Source: the human T2T-CHM13v2.0 reference genome, Homo sapiens. From it: DNA of 64,000 nucleotides. The position numbers and the translations under genes were made by a program. This document shows, piece after piece, positions 62,791 to 64,000 of this stretch; the stretch's first letter is position 1, and each line of letters starts with the position of its first letter. The stretch lies in assembly GCF_009914755.1 (NCBI RefSeq), contig NC_060936.1; one strand, given 5' to 3'. The notes below the pieces were generated by a model, which saw only the letters and a program-made list of their open reading frames with translations, ran no database searches and was not told the DNA's origin.

Positions 62791-64000
62791 CCCCCACAAT
62801 GTGAGAAAAGTGCTTCATCCAACCTGTACTTGAACCCTTGCTGTATGGTGGGCCCAGCATGTTGTGGGGGTCCAGCTCCATTTGGGTGCAGCTCTCATTA
62901 TTCAGACTTCTTTTCTGTGGAGCTAAAATCCTGTGACTTGCCCATTTGCCGCTGGAATTATCTATATACAGCTAAAGAAAAAGGAGATAAAAGCTCATTT
63001 CATTTCTCTTTGAAATCAATAGTCTCTTAGTCTTTCATGAGTAGCTGAGTAAAAAGATGTCTCAGTTAACTATAGTAAATCAAAAGAGCACCAAACAGAA
63101 AAATAGTGGGGCTAGGTGTTAGTTCTGGCCCTGCTATTAAGCGGTTTTGCATGGAACAAGTCATGTCAACCCTGTGGGCCTCATTCACCTCCTCTGCAGG
63201 ATTCTATAGCAGTGATGACAAGTCAGTGTTGTCTCATGTTCCATGTCTGATTGATTGATAATGATTTCCCACATGCAGGGTTGAAAGAGAATCTATGGTG
63301 GGTGCTTTCTGAACTAAATTTTTGATGTTTGCCAAGAATATGGGAGGATGTTTTGGGAGGATAAATGTTATGGCAACATTTAAGCCACATATTCACCATT
63401 CCTATACTGAGTAGTCTAGGGCTACCCTCAGTTTCAAATCCTCTTTACATAATTGATTATATCAACAAATATTTACTTAGTATCTTCTATAGACTCAACA
63501 TTATGCTTAAGTAAACAACATCAGGTGGGCTCCCTGTGGGTGTCAAACAATGTCGTTGGAGCTGTACAGCAGGAATTTTGGAGAAAGGAGGAGCACTGGA
63601 ATTTGGAGCAGTCAAGTGAAAAGTTTATGGAGGAAGTGAATCTTATGGCTGCAGAGAGGACTCAGATAAAAATAAAGCAGGGGAGAGTATTTTCAAGATG
63701 AGGGGAACAGAATGGGGAGAGGCCAAGACAGCAGAAAGCATAGTTTGTCCTGACTGCATAGTAAGTACTAATACCTTAAGGGTAGCAGATAGACTGCAGT
63801 CAGATGAGAGAGCTCAATGAGAGCCAGAGACTTTTCACCTGGCATCAACGCCTGCTGAATAACTTGTTAGCAATCCTCCCAGCAAGCCTGAGTTCAGGTA
63901 TTATAGTTATTATCTCCATTTGATAGAGGAGAAAGCTGAGGCTTACAGAGATTAGTGACTGGCCTCTGTCTCATGGCTGTAGAAGGGAAAAGGGAGGTTG

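Overview
Human genomic DNA covering the 5' two-thirds of IRAK3 (IRAK-M, the pseudokinase negative regulator of TLR/IL-1R signalling) on the + strand. It includes the CpG-island promoter and coding exons 1-8 (c.1-887, residues 1-296: death domain, linker and pseudokinase through the degenerate CGS catalytic loop); the window ends inside intron 8. All eight exons were reconstructed by hand with GT-AG boundaries and consistent phases. Intron 8 holds a full-length antisense processed copy of RBMS1 (RBMS1P1/MSSP1) with an uninterrupted 404-codon ORF, a CpG-rich 5'UTR, a poly(A) signal and a target-site duplication (TSD). The rest is repeat-rich: an old SVA inside an Alu, ~25 Alus including an AluYa5, L1/L2/MIR fragments, THE1/MLT1/MER21 LTRs, a HERV-H LTR7 solo LTR, and Tigger3 and MADE1 DNA elements. 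I found no wholly new biological system. The strongest leads are the intact retrocopy and its imported CpG island, an old L1 3' transduction in intron 5, two opposed AluY insertions into one MADE1 palindrome, a splice acceptor created by the Val147 allele, and a predicted ORF in an exon 2-8 circular RNA. Repeat subfamily calls are by eye and approximate.
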